This document shows, piece by piece, positions 1 through 8,804 of a DNA stretch of 64,000 nt. Every line of letters begins with the position of its first letter. Position 1 is the first letter of the stretch. The notes beneath the pieces are model-generated. The model ran no database searches. It had not been told where the DNA came from and saw nothing but the letters and a program-made list of their open reading frames with translations. This stretch comes from a virus (taxonomy: Duplodnaviria; Caudoviricetes), in the IMG/VR virus record IMGVR_UViG_3300037400_006508, positions 64,001 to 128,000 of that record; one strand, written 5' to 3'. The translations under genes and the position numbers were made by a program.

Positions 1-1
1 G

Positions 2-679
2 ATAGCGAAGCCGGTTCCGCCTCCGTCGGAGCCGCCCAGGACGGAGATACCTCCTCCGGCGGAGAAGCCGCTTGCGTACGATACCCGCCCTGCGACGGTC
101 GGGCAGCCCGTTCAAGTGCAGCCCATCGAGTTTCTTCCGGGGGGATTCGGCGAGCCTGTGGATACCAAGGGGTACGAGACGGGCGTCCAGTCTCGTCCGG
201 TTCCCCTTGCGTCGACCGTAAGGCCGTCCCATGCGGTTGAACAGCAGCAGCTTCAGTACCAGCCGGTGCAGGTCGTCGAGAAGCCGGTCTACGTCACCAA
301 GGAGGTTCCGGTATTCAAGGAGGTCGAAAAGATCGTCGAGAAGCCGGTCGAAAAGATCGTCGAGGTCGAGAAGCCGGTCGAGACGGAGTTTTCCAAGTGG
401 TACGCCAAGCGTTGCCGCGTTCAGCTGGCCACGCCCGAGATGACTTTCACGGTTTCGGCGATAGCCGTGTCCAGATCCATCCACGGCGTTACGGTTTTTC
501 TGGCCACGGAAGGCGATTCCATGACGTTCATACCGAGGGCCGGCACGCACATAAAGCTGGCGTTCGACGGCAAGGTGGAGTCGACTATCTTCACGGGCGT
601 CTCGTTCGAGATCGAGGACCTCAAGCTCATGGGTTTGTGCTTCCTGATCAGGGAGGACGGGACAGACGAGAAGAAATGA
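2..679 (+). CDS. Hypothetical protein, 5'-truncated by the window; Pro-rich N-part and VEKPVEKIVE repeats
   Basis: Frame +2 is open from position 2 to the TGA ending at 679; repeated (V/I)VEKP units at about 270-380. Confidence 0.75.
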   Translation: MAKPVPPPSEPPRTEIPPPAEKPLAYDTRPATVGQPVQVQPIEFLPGGFGEPVDTKGYETGVQSRPVPLASTVRPSHAVEQQQLQYQPVQVVEKPVYVTKEVPVFKEVEKIVEKPVEKIVEVEKPVETEFSKWYAKRCRVQLATPEMTFTVSAIAVSRSIHGVTVFLATEGDSMTFIPRAGTHIKLAFDGKVESTIFTGVSFEIEDLKLMGLCFLIREDGTDEKK

Positions 680-680
680 C

Positions 681-709
681 TTGCTTTAGAAGCGGATTTG
701 TGATATTTT
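681..709 (+). promoter_or_regulatory. Putative sigma70-type promoter TTGCTT-N17-TATTTT with extended TG
   Basis: TTGCTT at 681-686, TG at 701-702, TATTTT at 704-709, in an intergenic gap. Confidence 0.45.
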
Positions 710-736
710 AACCGGCGAACGAACGTTGAGAACAGC

Positions 737-1063
737 ATGGCCGCCCCGTACCAGCAGATGATGTCGATAAAGGTCCCCGATCGATTGGTCGCATTCGAGA
801 AGAGGGAGTTCGACGAACATGGAGAGAGTACAGCTGGGGTGGCCCTTTTCGGAGAACACGCGCAGTTCCGCGTGGCCGCGTCCGAGATCGGAAGGCGGGT
901 GGCCAACCGCCTGAGGGAGGCGAGGAGCAAGAGGGTCCGGAAGGTTCAGCTGGTAATGGAGTTCCCGATATCGGATTTTGTGAAGGTTGAAGACGATTTC
1001 AAGAAGGAACAGAAGGCTGAAGGAAGAACGAAAAGGAGGAAAAGAGATGAAGAAGAGAGCTGA
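737..1063 (+). CDS. Hypothetical protein
   Basis: 108-aa ORF with phage-like codon usage, downstream of the putative promoter. Confidence 0.7.
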   Translation: MAAPYQQMMSIKVPDRLVAFEKREFDEHGESTAGVALFGEHAQFRVAASEIGRRVANRLREARSKRVRKVQLVMEFPISDFVKVEDDFKKEQKAEGRTKRRKRDEEES

Positions 1064-2081
1064 TTCGAAGATGATTTCTCGTACGGGGGAGATGAAATTC
1101 CCCACGTACAGGTATACAACACCAACCCCCAATACAAAAGACATGGGAAAGAAAGACGAAAAGCCGGCCAAGCCGGAAAACAAGATCATGACTGTCGACG
1201 TGGCGTCCAAGGAGGGCAGGGAGATCCTTGCCAAGATGGGCGAGACGATCGCAAACGATCTTGCGCAGTACAAGCAGGCCGTCGGCGCCGCCAGGGCGCT
1301 GTGCGAGTTCCTGGAGGGCAGGCTCGCCAAGATCAGCAACGACGGAAAGGGCTTCTGCGCCGTGATGTCGAAGCTATTTCCGGACCTGGCTCCTTCGTGC
1401 GGGACGGAGCGCGGGGCCGGACTGCCGGAGATGCTGCTGGGCAGCACGAGGTTCAAGATCGACCCGAAGGACATCGAGTTCCGCCGTGTGCCGAAGTACG
1501 ACACCAAGGATTCGATCGCGTTCTGTGTCACGGTAAGGAGCTCGTCCGAGAAGGACGGCTGCACGGAGTCCGTGTCCGAGTCGTTCATTCTCAACGTCTC
1601 CAACAACTACCACGATTCTGTCGCCGCGTTCGACAAGGCGATCTCCGGTCTCGAGTTCGTCAAGTTCGAGGAGAAGACGGCCGACACGTGCAAGTGCAAG
1701 AAGGAATGCGCGGGAAAGTGCGACGGAAAATGCAAGACCGGAAAGAAGGACGTTTCCTTCTCCAAGGTGCTTGCATCCAGGAAGGCGCTCGAGGGCCTCA
1801 AGCAGTTTCTGCTGAAGGGTTCGAGCTACGCCGTGCCGTCCACCAGGTTCAAGGTCCTTTTCGACAAGGTCGACAGGAAGAGCCAGAAGTTCGTCTACGA
1901 GCTCCGTTTCTTCCAGAAGAACTACAGGAAGGACGAGACGCAGTCGTACGAGCGCGCCCTTCTCCGGATCCGGATGGACGGAGATTGCGGCGACCTCATA
2001 GTCAAGCGGTTCGACAAGGCTGTAGGAGAACTCAGGTTCAACGAGTTCCCGAAGAAGCCGGCCACACCCAGGAAGAAGTAA
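1047..2081 (+). CDS. Hypothetical protein with an internally duplicated domain and a Cys/Lys-rich linker
   Basis: ATG at 1047 follows AGGAGG. The two halves end in similar motifs (FDKAISGLEFVKF / FDKAVGELRFNEF) and are separated by CKCKKECAGKCDGKC. Confidence 0.75.
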   Translation: MKKRADSKMISRTGEMKFPTYRYTTPTPNTKDMGKKDEKPAKPENKIMTVDVASKEGREILAKMGETIANDLAQYKQAVGAARALCEFLEGRLAKISNDGKGFCAVMSKLFPDLAPSCGTERGAGLPEMLLGSTRFKIDPKDIEFRRVPKYDTKDSIAFCVTVRSSSEKDGCTESVSESFILNVSNNYHDSVAAFDKAISGLEFVKFEEKTADTCKCKKECAGKCDGKCKTGKKDVSFSKVLASRKALEGLKQFLLKGSSYAVPSTRFKVLFDKVDRKSQKFVYELRFFQKNYRKDETQSYERALLRIRMDGDCGDLIVKRFDKAVGELRFNEFPKKPATPRKK

Positions 2082-2087
2082 AAAAAG

Positions 2088-2426
2088 ATGTTCGGTATTG
2101 ACAAAAAGGAAAAAGATGGCATCCTTGTAAGAAACTGCTCCACAAGGAGCGTTCTCGAGCGTATGGGTGCCGCGTTGGGCGATTTCAAGCACGAGTCCGG
2201 CAGGTACGTGGTCTTCGGCGACGACGTCACGCTTGAATCGATCAGGAAGTGGTCCAACGACAACGGTTTCTATTCCAAGGTAAGCGAACTCGGTCCGGTC
2301 ACCGTGGTGGACATCATGGTCGACAGGGAGAAGGGAAACCTTCCGATGCACGGCAGGATACGCCGCCAGCGCCCGGACAGGAGGAAGCAGCAGGAGGAGT
2401 GGAACCCTTCGGACAACAACGACTAG
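2088..2426 (+). CDS. Hypothetical protein
   Basis: 112-aa ORF tightly following the previous gene. Confidence 0.65.
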   Translation: MFGIDKKEKDGILVRNCSTRSVLERMGAALGDFKHESGRYVVFGDDVTLESIRKWSNDNGFYSKVSELGPVTVVDIMVDREKGNLPMHGRIRRQRPDRRKQQEEWNPSDNND

Positions 2427-2557
2427 GTTTGGCGCACGTGGACTAATAACCGGTTTGTGAAGGATGAGTGATGCATGTTGGTTGACGGGAAAAGGACGGT
2501 AAGTCGGTGAGCAGATGCGGGTAAAGTCCCGCCGTGCGCCTTTGTTTGGTTGTTGAG

Positions 2558-3157
2558 ATGACGAAGAGGGAAGAGCTGAAGAGGAAGTACAAGAAGCTGG
2601 GCTGGGAGCTTCCGGCCCGCATGGAGCGCCTGTCCGAGGACGCGATAGCCAAGTACGTCGCAAGGGCCGACGCGGAGCTGTTCAAAAGGAAGAATCCGGA
2701 GGAGGACGATCTTTACTCCGCCCCTCCGGTGAAGCCTGCGCCGGTTCCGGAGGTCGATATCGACCTTGACGACGGCCTTTCGGACTGCGAGGACGAGATA
2801 CGGACCAAGCAGGTGCTGCCCGACCTGGTCGAAGAGTGCGCCGAGCACCTGAAGACGGCCCTCCGGCTTTACATCAAACGGAGGATGTGGCTTTCCACGT
2901 CAGACCACAGGAACGATCCGGAGGTCGTCGAATACCTGGCGCAGGCCAAGAAGGCCGTCGCACGCGCCGTATGCTGCATCGTTACGCAGGAGGGCAACGG
3001 ATACGAGCGCGGATCCAGGATGATGCAGCTGTTCGACACCGCCATAACGGAGATGAGGAACGAGTTCACGGACGCTCTGGTGGCCACCGCCGTGATGAAC
3101 ACCCTGCTGTCAGACAAGCATCAGGTCGAAATGGCCATGACGATGAGGAACAAGTAA
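2558..3157 (+). CDS. Hypothetical protein
   Basis: In-frame ATG at 2558 within ORF 2534..3157; stop overlaps the next start (TAATG). Confidence 0.7.
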   Translation: MTKREELKRKYKKLGWELPARMERLSEDAIAKYVARADAELFKRKNPEEDDLYSAPPVKPAPVPEVDIDLDDGLSDCEDEIRTKQVLPDLVEECAEHLKTALRLYIKRRMWLSTSDHRNDPEVVEYLAQAKKAVARAVCCIVTQEGNGYERGSRMMQLFDTAITEMRNEFTDALVATAVMNTLLSDKHQVEMAMTMRNK

Positions 3158-3372
3158 TGGAAAAGAGGAATGTTGCAACCTCCGTCAGGGAGGTCGATTC
3201 GTCCGACATAGACGACGCCATCGGGGATGCCGCCAAGGTCATCGCCGGTGTTTCGGACGAGGTCAAGAAGGCTTGCGCGGACATCGCCGCGGCCCGCGAG
3301 TCGGCCCGCAAGGCGAGGGAGGCGGACGAAGCCGCCGAACGCGGTCTGCTCGATATGGCGTCGGTAAAGTAG
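3157..3372 (+). CDS. Small Ala/acidic helical hypothetical protein
   Basis: ATG at 3157 is coupled to the upstream TAA; MEKRNVATSVREV...MASVK. Confidence 0.65.
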   Translation: MEKRNVATSVREVDSSDIDDAIGDAAKVIAGVSDEVKKACADIAAARESARKAREADEAAERGLLDMASVK

Positions 3373-3404
3373 GTTTTACGCAACAGCTGTATGATCATGC
3401 GCGA

Positions 3405-3434
3405 TTGACCTGTCGCGCATGCATGCTTTATAGT
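3405..3434 (+). promoter_or_regulatory. Putative sigma70-type promoter TTGACC-N18-TATAGT for tRNA/portal
   Basis: TTGACC at 3405-3410 and TATAGT at 3429-3434, immediately upstream of the tRNA. Confidence 0.55.
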
Positions 3435-3445
3435 GTATTGAGCAC

Positions 3446-3522
3446 TGCGGGGTAGAGCAACCCGGTAGCTCGGCAGATTCATAATCTGTAGGTTGTTGGT
3501 TCAAATCCAACCCCCGCAACCA
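3446..3522 (+). tRNA. tRNA-Met (CAU) with an initiator-like body and encoded CCA
   Basis: Cloverleaf: acceptor TGCGGGG/CCCCGCA, D arm GAGC/GCTC, anticodon arm GCAGA-TTCATAA-TCTGT, T arm GTTGG-TTCAAAT-CCAAC, 3' ACCA. Confidence 0.95.
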
Positions 3523-3547
3523 ATTTTTTCATCGCAAGGGACAAGAC

Positions 3548-6211
3548 ATGGCCGCAACACAGAACGCAAATCCATTCTCCGGAGGGGGATACGACTCGAT
3601 GCCGGATGCCTACAAGTATCCTAATCCGTTCTGCGACATAGCAAGCTTCTACACGCCGAACAATCTGAGCGACGCGTTCGAGTACATGGAGTTCCTGTTC
3701 CTTACGATGCCGCCGTTCATGGCGGTCACGAACAGGGTCGTTTCGTACTTCCTGACGGATATCGAGGTCAACGACGTGTCCGACGACGTTCGCGACAAGT
3801 ACGAGGACATCTTCGACGACAAGCTGCACATGATCCAGCGCCTGCAGGACATAGGCAAGGACTACTTCTGCTTCGGCGGGGACACGAAGGTCGTCACGCA
3901 CGAGGGATCGGTGCCGATACGGGATCTGGCCGGCAGGACCGTCCAGGTCCTTTCCATAGACGGGAAGTGGCATCCGGCCAGGTTCAGGTCGTACGGCGTG
4001 CAGCCGACGGTCGAGATAGAGTTCGGGACCGGAGTCAGGGTCAGGGCGACGAAGGAGCACGAATGGTGGGTGTCCAGACGGTACGGTTCGGAGCTGTCCA
4101 AGGTCACCACGGGCGAGATCAGAAAGTCACATCTAGTCCCGTACCAGCAGCCGCCAAGGCCCCGTCAGGGCAACAATTACGTCAGGGGCGCCCTCCACGG
4201 AATCGTCTTCGGGCTGAACAAGCCGGTGCTTGCGGGACATGAGCTCGAGTTCCTCGAGAACTTCGAGGAGCAGAGCGGGCTGAAGGCCGACAAATCCATG
4301 CGGAAGATACCGGATCCGAAGGAGAAGGCCGAGTTCTGGTACGGATTCTTCAGCGGAATAGCGGCCGTGTGCGGCTACTTCCAGGGGTCGTCCAGGCAGT
4401 TCTTCATCACGAACCGCAGCGAGAAGGCCCTGAAGGCCCTCAAGGCGGGAGCCGCGAAGGCCCACATCAGGACCAGGGCCGTCGTCAAGCGCAGGATCTT
4501 CAACGACAACCTCCGCTACTACCTTCCGATCAACCTGGCCGATCTTCAGGAGGACGATTTCCTCTGCGGGGACCAGAAGGAGTCGTTCGTCAAGTTCAAG
4601 ACGCAGCCCCACCGCAAGTACACGACGATCCGGTCGATCGGAACGGAGTGGAAGGAAGAGGAGGTGTTCTGCTGCGTCGAGCCGGATACGCATACGTTCA
4701 CGCTTGACGGCGGCGTGGTGACCGGAAACTGCTACGGAAACTCGTTCGTATCGCTGTACCTGCCGTTCGAGAGGTACCTGTGCTGCCCCAAATGCTTCAC
4801 GCAGTACAAGATAGACAATCTGAAGTACGAGTTCGACTCCAACAACGGGGAGTTCAAGGCCTATTGCCCGAAGTGCAAGGACAAGATGGTCATGAAGCGC
4901 GTCGACAGGCGCCTCCACGACCCTTCCAAGGTGCAGGTGATTCGCTGGAACCCGAAGCGCATCAAGCTGAAGGTGCACGACATCTCGGGCCAGGTCAAGT
5001 ACTACTACAAGCTGGACCCGAAGTTCGTGGACCATATCAGGAAGGGAGATCCGTTCTACCTCAACACGACCCAGTGGGGCTTCGTCGAGACGTGTCTCGG
5101 CAAGAAGTCCGGCTCCGAGGGCGAGCATCTGTTCGAGTTCGAGGACGACCAGATCTTCCATCTCAGGGACACGGTGTTCGCCGGTCTGTCCGACAAGATA
5201 AAGGGGTGGGCCATTCCGCCCCTGCTTCCGTATTTCAAGCTGGCGTACTACATCCAGCTCATGCGCCGCTACGACGAGGCGATCGCGCTGGACTTCATCG
5301 TACCTTTCCGGATCCTGTACCCGCAGGGGCAGGCCCCGGGCGGGCAGGACCCGCTCACGATGGTGTCCATGCAGACCTTCGTCGCCGCCATGTCGTCCAT
5401 GGTGGAGAAGAAGCGCAAGAACATGACCTCGATCGAGGTGTCGCCGTTCGCGATCGGCTACGAGATGATCGGCGGCGAGGCGCAGCAGCTTTCGCCGAAG
5501 GACAACATCCAGAACGCGGAGCAGGAGCTGCTCAACGCGATGGGATTCCCGCAGGAGCTGTTCGCGGGCACGCTTTCGCTGCAGGCCGCCCCGGTGGCCC
5601 TTCGTCTGTTCGAGCGCGAGTGGAACCCGTTCGTGGACGGAATGAACTCCGTTCTGCAGTGGATGACGGACGCGATCGCCAAGTACTTCATGTGGGACCA
5701 GGCGAAGGTCAGGCTGACGCCGATCACGCTCGCCGACGACATGGAGAAGAAGGGCATCATGCTGCAGATGGCCGCCGGCCAGCAGCTGTCCAACCAGACG
5801 GCGTTCCGTGCTCTCGGGTACGACTACCTCAAGGAGCAGGAGCGCATCATCCAGGAGCAGCAGGACGTCCAGAAGCTCCAGCAGAAGGCCATGGCGGAGG
5901 CCCAGGCCGAGCAGGCCAACGGCGCCATGGGCGGCTCGGGCGAGGGCGGCGCGGACGACAGCGGCATGAACGGTCCCGGCGGCAGCGTCGGGGCCACGCC
6001 AGGCTCCATCGAGGAGCAGGCGTCCCAGATCGCGCAGAACCTCGTCATGGCGAACAACCCGACGCAGTCCAGGCAGACGCTCGCTTCCGTCGAGCAGACG
6101 AATCCGACGCTGTACGCCATGGTAAAGGCCAAGATGCAGGAGATGCGGCAGCAGCTGTCGTCGGACGGGAAGCAGATGATGATACAGCAGATGCAGCAGC
6201 AGGGCGGGTAG
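3548..6211 (+). CDS. Portal protein (intein-interrupted) with Zn-ribbon insertion and Gln/Gly/Met-rich C-tail
   Basis: After intein removal the junction reads DYF-CYGNSFV. IFHLR..GWAIPPL and LLNAMGFPQELFAG resemble portal motifs. Two CxxC pairs; the gene sits at the start of the structural region. Confidence 0.75.
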   Translation: MAATQNANPFSGGGYDSMPDAYKYPNPFCDIASFYTPNNLSDAFEYMEFLFLTMPPFMAVTNRVVSYFLTDIEVNDVSDDVRDKYEDIFDDKLHMIQRLQDIGKDYFCFGGDTKVVTHEGSVPIRDLAGRTVQVLSIDGKWHPARFRSYGVQPTVEIEFGTGVRVRATKEHEWWVSRRYGSELSKVTTGEIRKSHLVPYQQPPRPRQGNNYVRGALHGIVFGLNKPVLAGHELEFLENFEEQSGLKADKSMRKIPDPKEKAEFWYGFFSGIAAVCGYFQGSSRQFFITNRSEKALKALKAGAAKAHIRTRAVVKRRIFNDNLRYYLPINLADLQEDDFLCGDQKESFVKFKTQPHRKYTTIRSIGTEWKEEEVFCCVEPDTHTFTLDGGVVTGNCYGNSFVSLYLPFERYLCCPKCFTQYKIDNLKYEFDSNNGEFKAYCPKCKDKMVMKRVDRRLHDPSKVQVIRWNPKRIKLKVHDISGQVKYYYKLDPKFVDHIRKGDPFYLNTTQWGFVETCLGKKSGSEGEHLFEFEDDQIFHLRDTVFAGLSDKIKGWAIPPLLPYFKLAYYIQLMRRYDEAIALDFIVPFRILYPQGQAPGGQDPLTMVSMQTFVAAMSSMVEKKRKNMTSIEVSPFAIGYEMIGGEAQQLSPKDNIQNAEQELLNAMGFPQELFAGTLSLQAAPVALRLFEREWNPFVDGMNSVLQWMTDAIAKYFMWDQAKVRLTPITLADDMEKKGIMLQMAAGQQLSNQTAFRALGYDYLKEQERIIQEQQDVQKLQQKAMAEAQAEQANGAMGGSGEGGADDSGMNGPGGSVGATPGSIEEQASQIAQNLVMANNPTQSRQTLASVEQTNPTLYAMVKAKMQEMRQQLSSDGKQMMIQQMQQQGG
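3869..4729 (+). mobile_element. Intein (287 aa) with a degenerate LAGLIDADG-like core, inserted in the portal
   Basis: Block A CFGGDTKV, block B RATKEHEWW (TxxH), blocks F/G VFCCVEPDTHTFTLDGGVVTGN followed by +1 Cys. Central helices GALHGIVFG and GFFSGIAAVCG. Confidence 0.9.
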
Positions 6212-6212
6212 C

Positions 6213-7004
6213 ATGAACGATCTTAGATGGCTTGAAAGGGCGGTTGATTCGTTCATTGAAAAGAGGGCTGATATTGAGAAGAAAGCCGATCCCCCCTTTA
6301 GAGGATTGAATGCCACGAATCCGTTAAAGAGATTTGTGTATAAGAAATATGGGTACGTACCGCAAGCCCCAATGACGTATCTCAGTACCCCTGATCAGAA
6401 GAGGGACTATAGGGATATGGTGAACGAAGTAGATTTTTTCGAGAAAAAACAGCCTTGGTACAATAAGGAGAACCCAACGCCGGAACAGAGGGCCGCACGA
6501 TTTGATCTTGACAGGGCAACCGGAAATGTGGGCAGCAGCTACACATCCAGATACGTTTCCATGGATTTGAACCGGGACTTTAAAGAAGGTCCGTGGGTTG
6601 TTCTTGGGTCGTATCCATCTTCCGAATCAGGTCTTAGACACGAGGTAGGCCATTATATGGACGATTTGAACTCCGGCGACCCGGAGAAGTTTTTTATGGA
6701 TACCAATCGAGTTGACAAAGAGACAAGAGCGTGGGATCTGGCAGGAATAGCGGCCGGCAATCCGCTTAGGGAAGCATGCCTAGACACGTATAGACTGGCT
6801 AAGAATCCTGAAAATTTTGTAGAGAAGGACAAACCTTTGCATAAAACTTTATCCAATCTTGTAGACAGGGTTAATGAAGAAGAAAGAAAGGTATATCGGC
6901 ATCCAGAAACGTACATTGACAAGTATAAGACTAATGGCATACCGGTAGTATATGACTATAATTCCGCATTGGAAGCGTCCAGAAATGGGTACGGTATACA
7001 TTGA
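6213..7004 (+). CDS. Putative zinc metallopeptidase-like protein (HExxH) with a KxA-type leader
   Basis: LRHEVGH followed by ETRAW; N-terminus ...SFIEKRADIEKKA; visibly AT-richer than its neighbours. Confidence 0.55.
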   Translation: MNDLRWLERAVDSFIEKRADIEKKADPPFRGLNATNPLKRFVYKKYGYVPQAPMTYLSTPDQKRDYRDMVNEVDFFEKKQPWYNKENPTPEQRAARFDLDRATGNVGSSYTSRYVSMDLNRDFKEGPWVVLGSYPSSESGLRHEVGHYMDDLNSGDPEKFFMDTNRVDKETRAWDLAGIAAGNPLREACLDTYRLAKNPENFVEKDKPLHKTLSNLVDRVNEEERKVYRHPETYIDKYKTNGIPVVYDYNSALEASRNGYGIH

Positions 7005-7028
7005 CTTCTATTTAAGTGATTCTACGAT
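7001..7028 (+). promoter_or_regulatory. Putative sigma70-type promoter TTGACT-N16-TACGAT
   Basis: TTGACT at 7001-7006, TACGAT at 7023-7028. Confidence 0.4.
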
Positions 7029-7041
7029 AGCATAGCTGACG

Positions 7042-7146
7042 ATGAGCGCGGACTACGAAACGTATCTGATGGCCATAGTTTTTTCAGCCCTTGCGATAGC
7101 GATACTGCTCGATTTCTTCGATGACAACAACGGGAGGTTCGGATGA
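7042..7146 (+). CDS. 34-aa single-pass membrane micro-protein (not in the ORF track)
   Basis: MSADYETYLMAIVFSALAIAILLDFFDDNNGRFG; its TGA overlaps the metacaspase ATG (ATGA). Confidence 0.5.
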   Translation: MSADYETYLMAIVFSALAIAILLDFFDDNNGRFG

Positions 7147-8003
7147 CTTTGGTCGAATGGGTTAAGGCGTTCCTGAAAGGGGATGTCGAGTCTACCGACG
7201 ACGTTTTCGCCGTTTGCGTCGGCATGGAGTCCAGCCGCAGCGCCGGATCCTGCCCGGGCGCCGGCGTCGACGCCCTCAGGATGAGGGATCTGCTCGGCAG
7301 GCACGCGAAGGCGGGGCTGAAGCTGCTGACAAACTCGCAGGCCACAGCGTCCGCGGTCAAGGCGGCTCTGTCGGAGGCTTTGGGCCACAAGCTGGCGATC
7401 TTATTCTACTCTGGCCACGGAGGCAGGGACGAGAAGGACAAGAACGCCGCGTTCGACCCGGACATGAGGGACGAGTACCTGTGCCTGTACGACAAAATGA
7501 TGCGGGACGACGAGGTGTGGTCGATCCTGCAGCAGGCCAAGGGACGCGTCGTGTGCATATTCGACTGCTGCCATTCCGGAACCATGTATAGATCTGCGGC
7601 CGTCGACGGCGGTTCGAGGTTCGAGATCGGCGGATACCCGTTTACGCTCAGGAAGTACAAGAGTTCTCTCGACATGGAGATGGAGACCCTCAGGAACCAG
7701 GCCGCCGACAACGCGGATGTCGGCATGTCCCACGAGGAGATCGAGCGGATCTACAGCAGGGGATGCGCGTACATACGCAGTACCACGCCGGATCTTCTTG
7801 TCTGGAGCGCATGCCAGGAGAACGAGTATTCCTACGGGGCCGGCACGGGAGGAATCTTCACGAATGCGCTTCTTTCCGCGTACGGCAAGGACAGAAGCTA
7901 CGGTTCCGTGTGGAAAAGGATATGCGGCAGGATGAAGAGGGAGCCCAATACGCCGGTCAGGACCGTATTCGGCAAAGGCTTTGGAGGAAAGGTGTTCAGA
8001 TGA
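7143..8003 (+). CDS. Caspase-like cysteine peptidase (peptidase C14, metacaspase/orthocaspase)
   Basis: Catalytic dyad motifs LFYSGHGG and IFDCCHSG; WSACQENEYSY...GGIFTNAL is typical of the C14 C-terminal region. Confidence 0.9.
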   Translation: MTLVEWVKAFLKGDVESTDDVFAVCVGMESSRSAGSCPGAGVDALRMRDLLGRHAKAGLKLLTNSQATASAVKAALSEALGHKLAILFYSGHGGRDEKDKNAAFDPDMRDEYLCLYDKMMRDDEVWSILQQAKGRVVCIFDCCHSGTMYRSAAVDGGSRFEIGGYPFTLRKYKSSLDMEMETLRNQAADNADVGMSHEEIERIYSRGCAYIRSTTPDLLVWSACQENEYSYGAGTGGIFTNALLSAYGKDRSYGSVWKRICGRMKREPNTPVRTVFGKGFGGKVFR

Positions 8004-8224
8004 GCGAGGAGAATGAGAAGACGCGTGGCGTGGTAGAGGTCTTCGGCAGGAACATCCTGCGCGGTCCGCTTCTTTCGTCCGACGACGCCACGACGATCGT
8101 CATACGGAAGAGGGATGGGAAGCCCATGGCCCTGTTCGCCAGACTGGTCGACGACACGTGGGCCTTCGGCAACGAGGGCGATTCCGACTGGGAGAACGTG
8201 AAGGCCAGGTTTGGAGTTTCCTAG
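8000..8224 (+). CDS. Small hypothetical protein
   Basis: ATG at 8000 overlaps the upstream TGA; MSEENEKTRGVVEVFG...FGVS. Confidence 0.65.
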   Translation: MSEENEKTRGVVEVFGRNILRGPLLSSDDATTIVIRKRDGKPMALFARLVDDTWAFGNEGDSDWENVKARFGVS

Positions 8225-8239
8225 GCATTTTGGTATCAT
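8211..8239 (+). promoter_or_regulatory. Putative promoter TTGGAG-N17-TATCAT (TTTTGG-TATCAT extended -10)
   Basis: Matches the recurring TTTTGGTAnnnT motif seen before several other genes. Confidence 0.4.
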
Positions 8240-8246
8240 GGGGCAA

Positions 8247-8570
8247 ATGTCAGAGGCATACAGGACTGGATTCTACGCGAAGTGCGCCGAGGCCGGCATC
8301 GATCCGATGCTGGCCGACGTTTTGTACAAAGCCGCCGAGAACGGGGACCCGAACATCGCCAGGGCCACCGAGATATTCAAGGACTATCTGACGAACAGGA
8401 GGGTTTGCGTACGGAACGGAGAGACGCTCTCCGGGATAGCCAGCCGCAACGGAAAGAGCCTCCAGGAGGTCATGGAGGCCAATGGGATGTCTTCGCCGTA
8501 CGTGAAGCCCGGCCAGGTGCTGAAGATCCCTCTGATGTCGGTAGGAAAGGCGGGTAGGGATGCCACCTAA
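8247..8570 (+). CDS. LysM-domain protein carrying the shared YxxGFxxKCAE...KxA leader
   Basis: VRNGETLSGIASRNGKSLQEVMEANGMSSPYVKPGQVLKIP is a canonical LysM; leader MSEAYRTGFYAKCAEAGIDPMLADVLYKAA. Confidence 0.85.
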   Translation: MSEAYRTGFYAKCAEAGIDPMLADVLYKAAENGDPNIARATEIFKDYLTNRRVCVRNGETLSGIASRNGKSLQEVMEANGMSSPYVKPGQVLKIPLMSVGKAGRDAT

Positions 8571-8793
8571 CAGGAAACTCGGGTACATACCGTTCGCGGA
8601 GCGGATGCTTACGAAGGTCGACATCGACAAGATGTTCGACGATCTCCGCGATGAAATACAGGAGCAATTCGACAAGATCGAGGTCATAACCGATCCGGAG
8701 CCCAACACAGTATACGAGATGTTGGCCAGGCAGGACAAGCTGGTCGCGAACCTGAACCAGCTTGCCGAATTCGGGGGCGACACCAACAACTAG
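8560..8793 (+). CDS. Small hypothetical protein
   Basis: 77-aa ORF overlapping the upstream stop, directly before the fibre gene. Confidence 0.6.
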   Translation: MPPNRKLGYIPFAERMLTKVDIDKMFDDLRDEIQEQFDKIEVITDPEPNTVYEMLARQDKLVANLNQLAEFGGDTNN

Positions 8794-8804
8794 GAGTCTT
8801 CAAG

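Noticed and set aside
3446-3522. tRNA as a prophage attachment site
   Set aside because: No integrase or duplicated tRNA 3' end was seen, and the genes on both sides look phage-like.
4133-6316. Long minus-strand ORFs (also 29833..31611, 32553..35018, 49875..51941, 53752..55395 and others)
   Set aside because: These are antisense shadows of GC3-biased plus-strand genes, with no recognisable motifs and complete overlap with well-supported CDSs.
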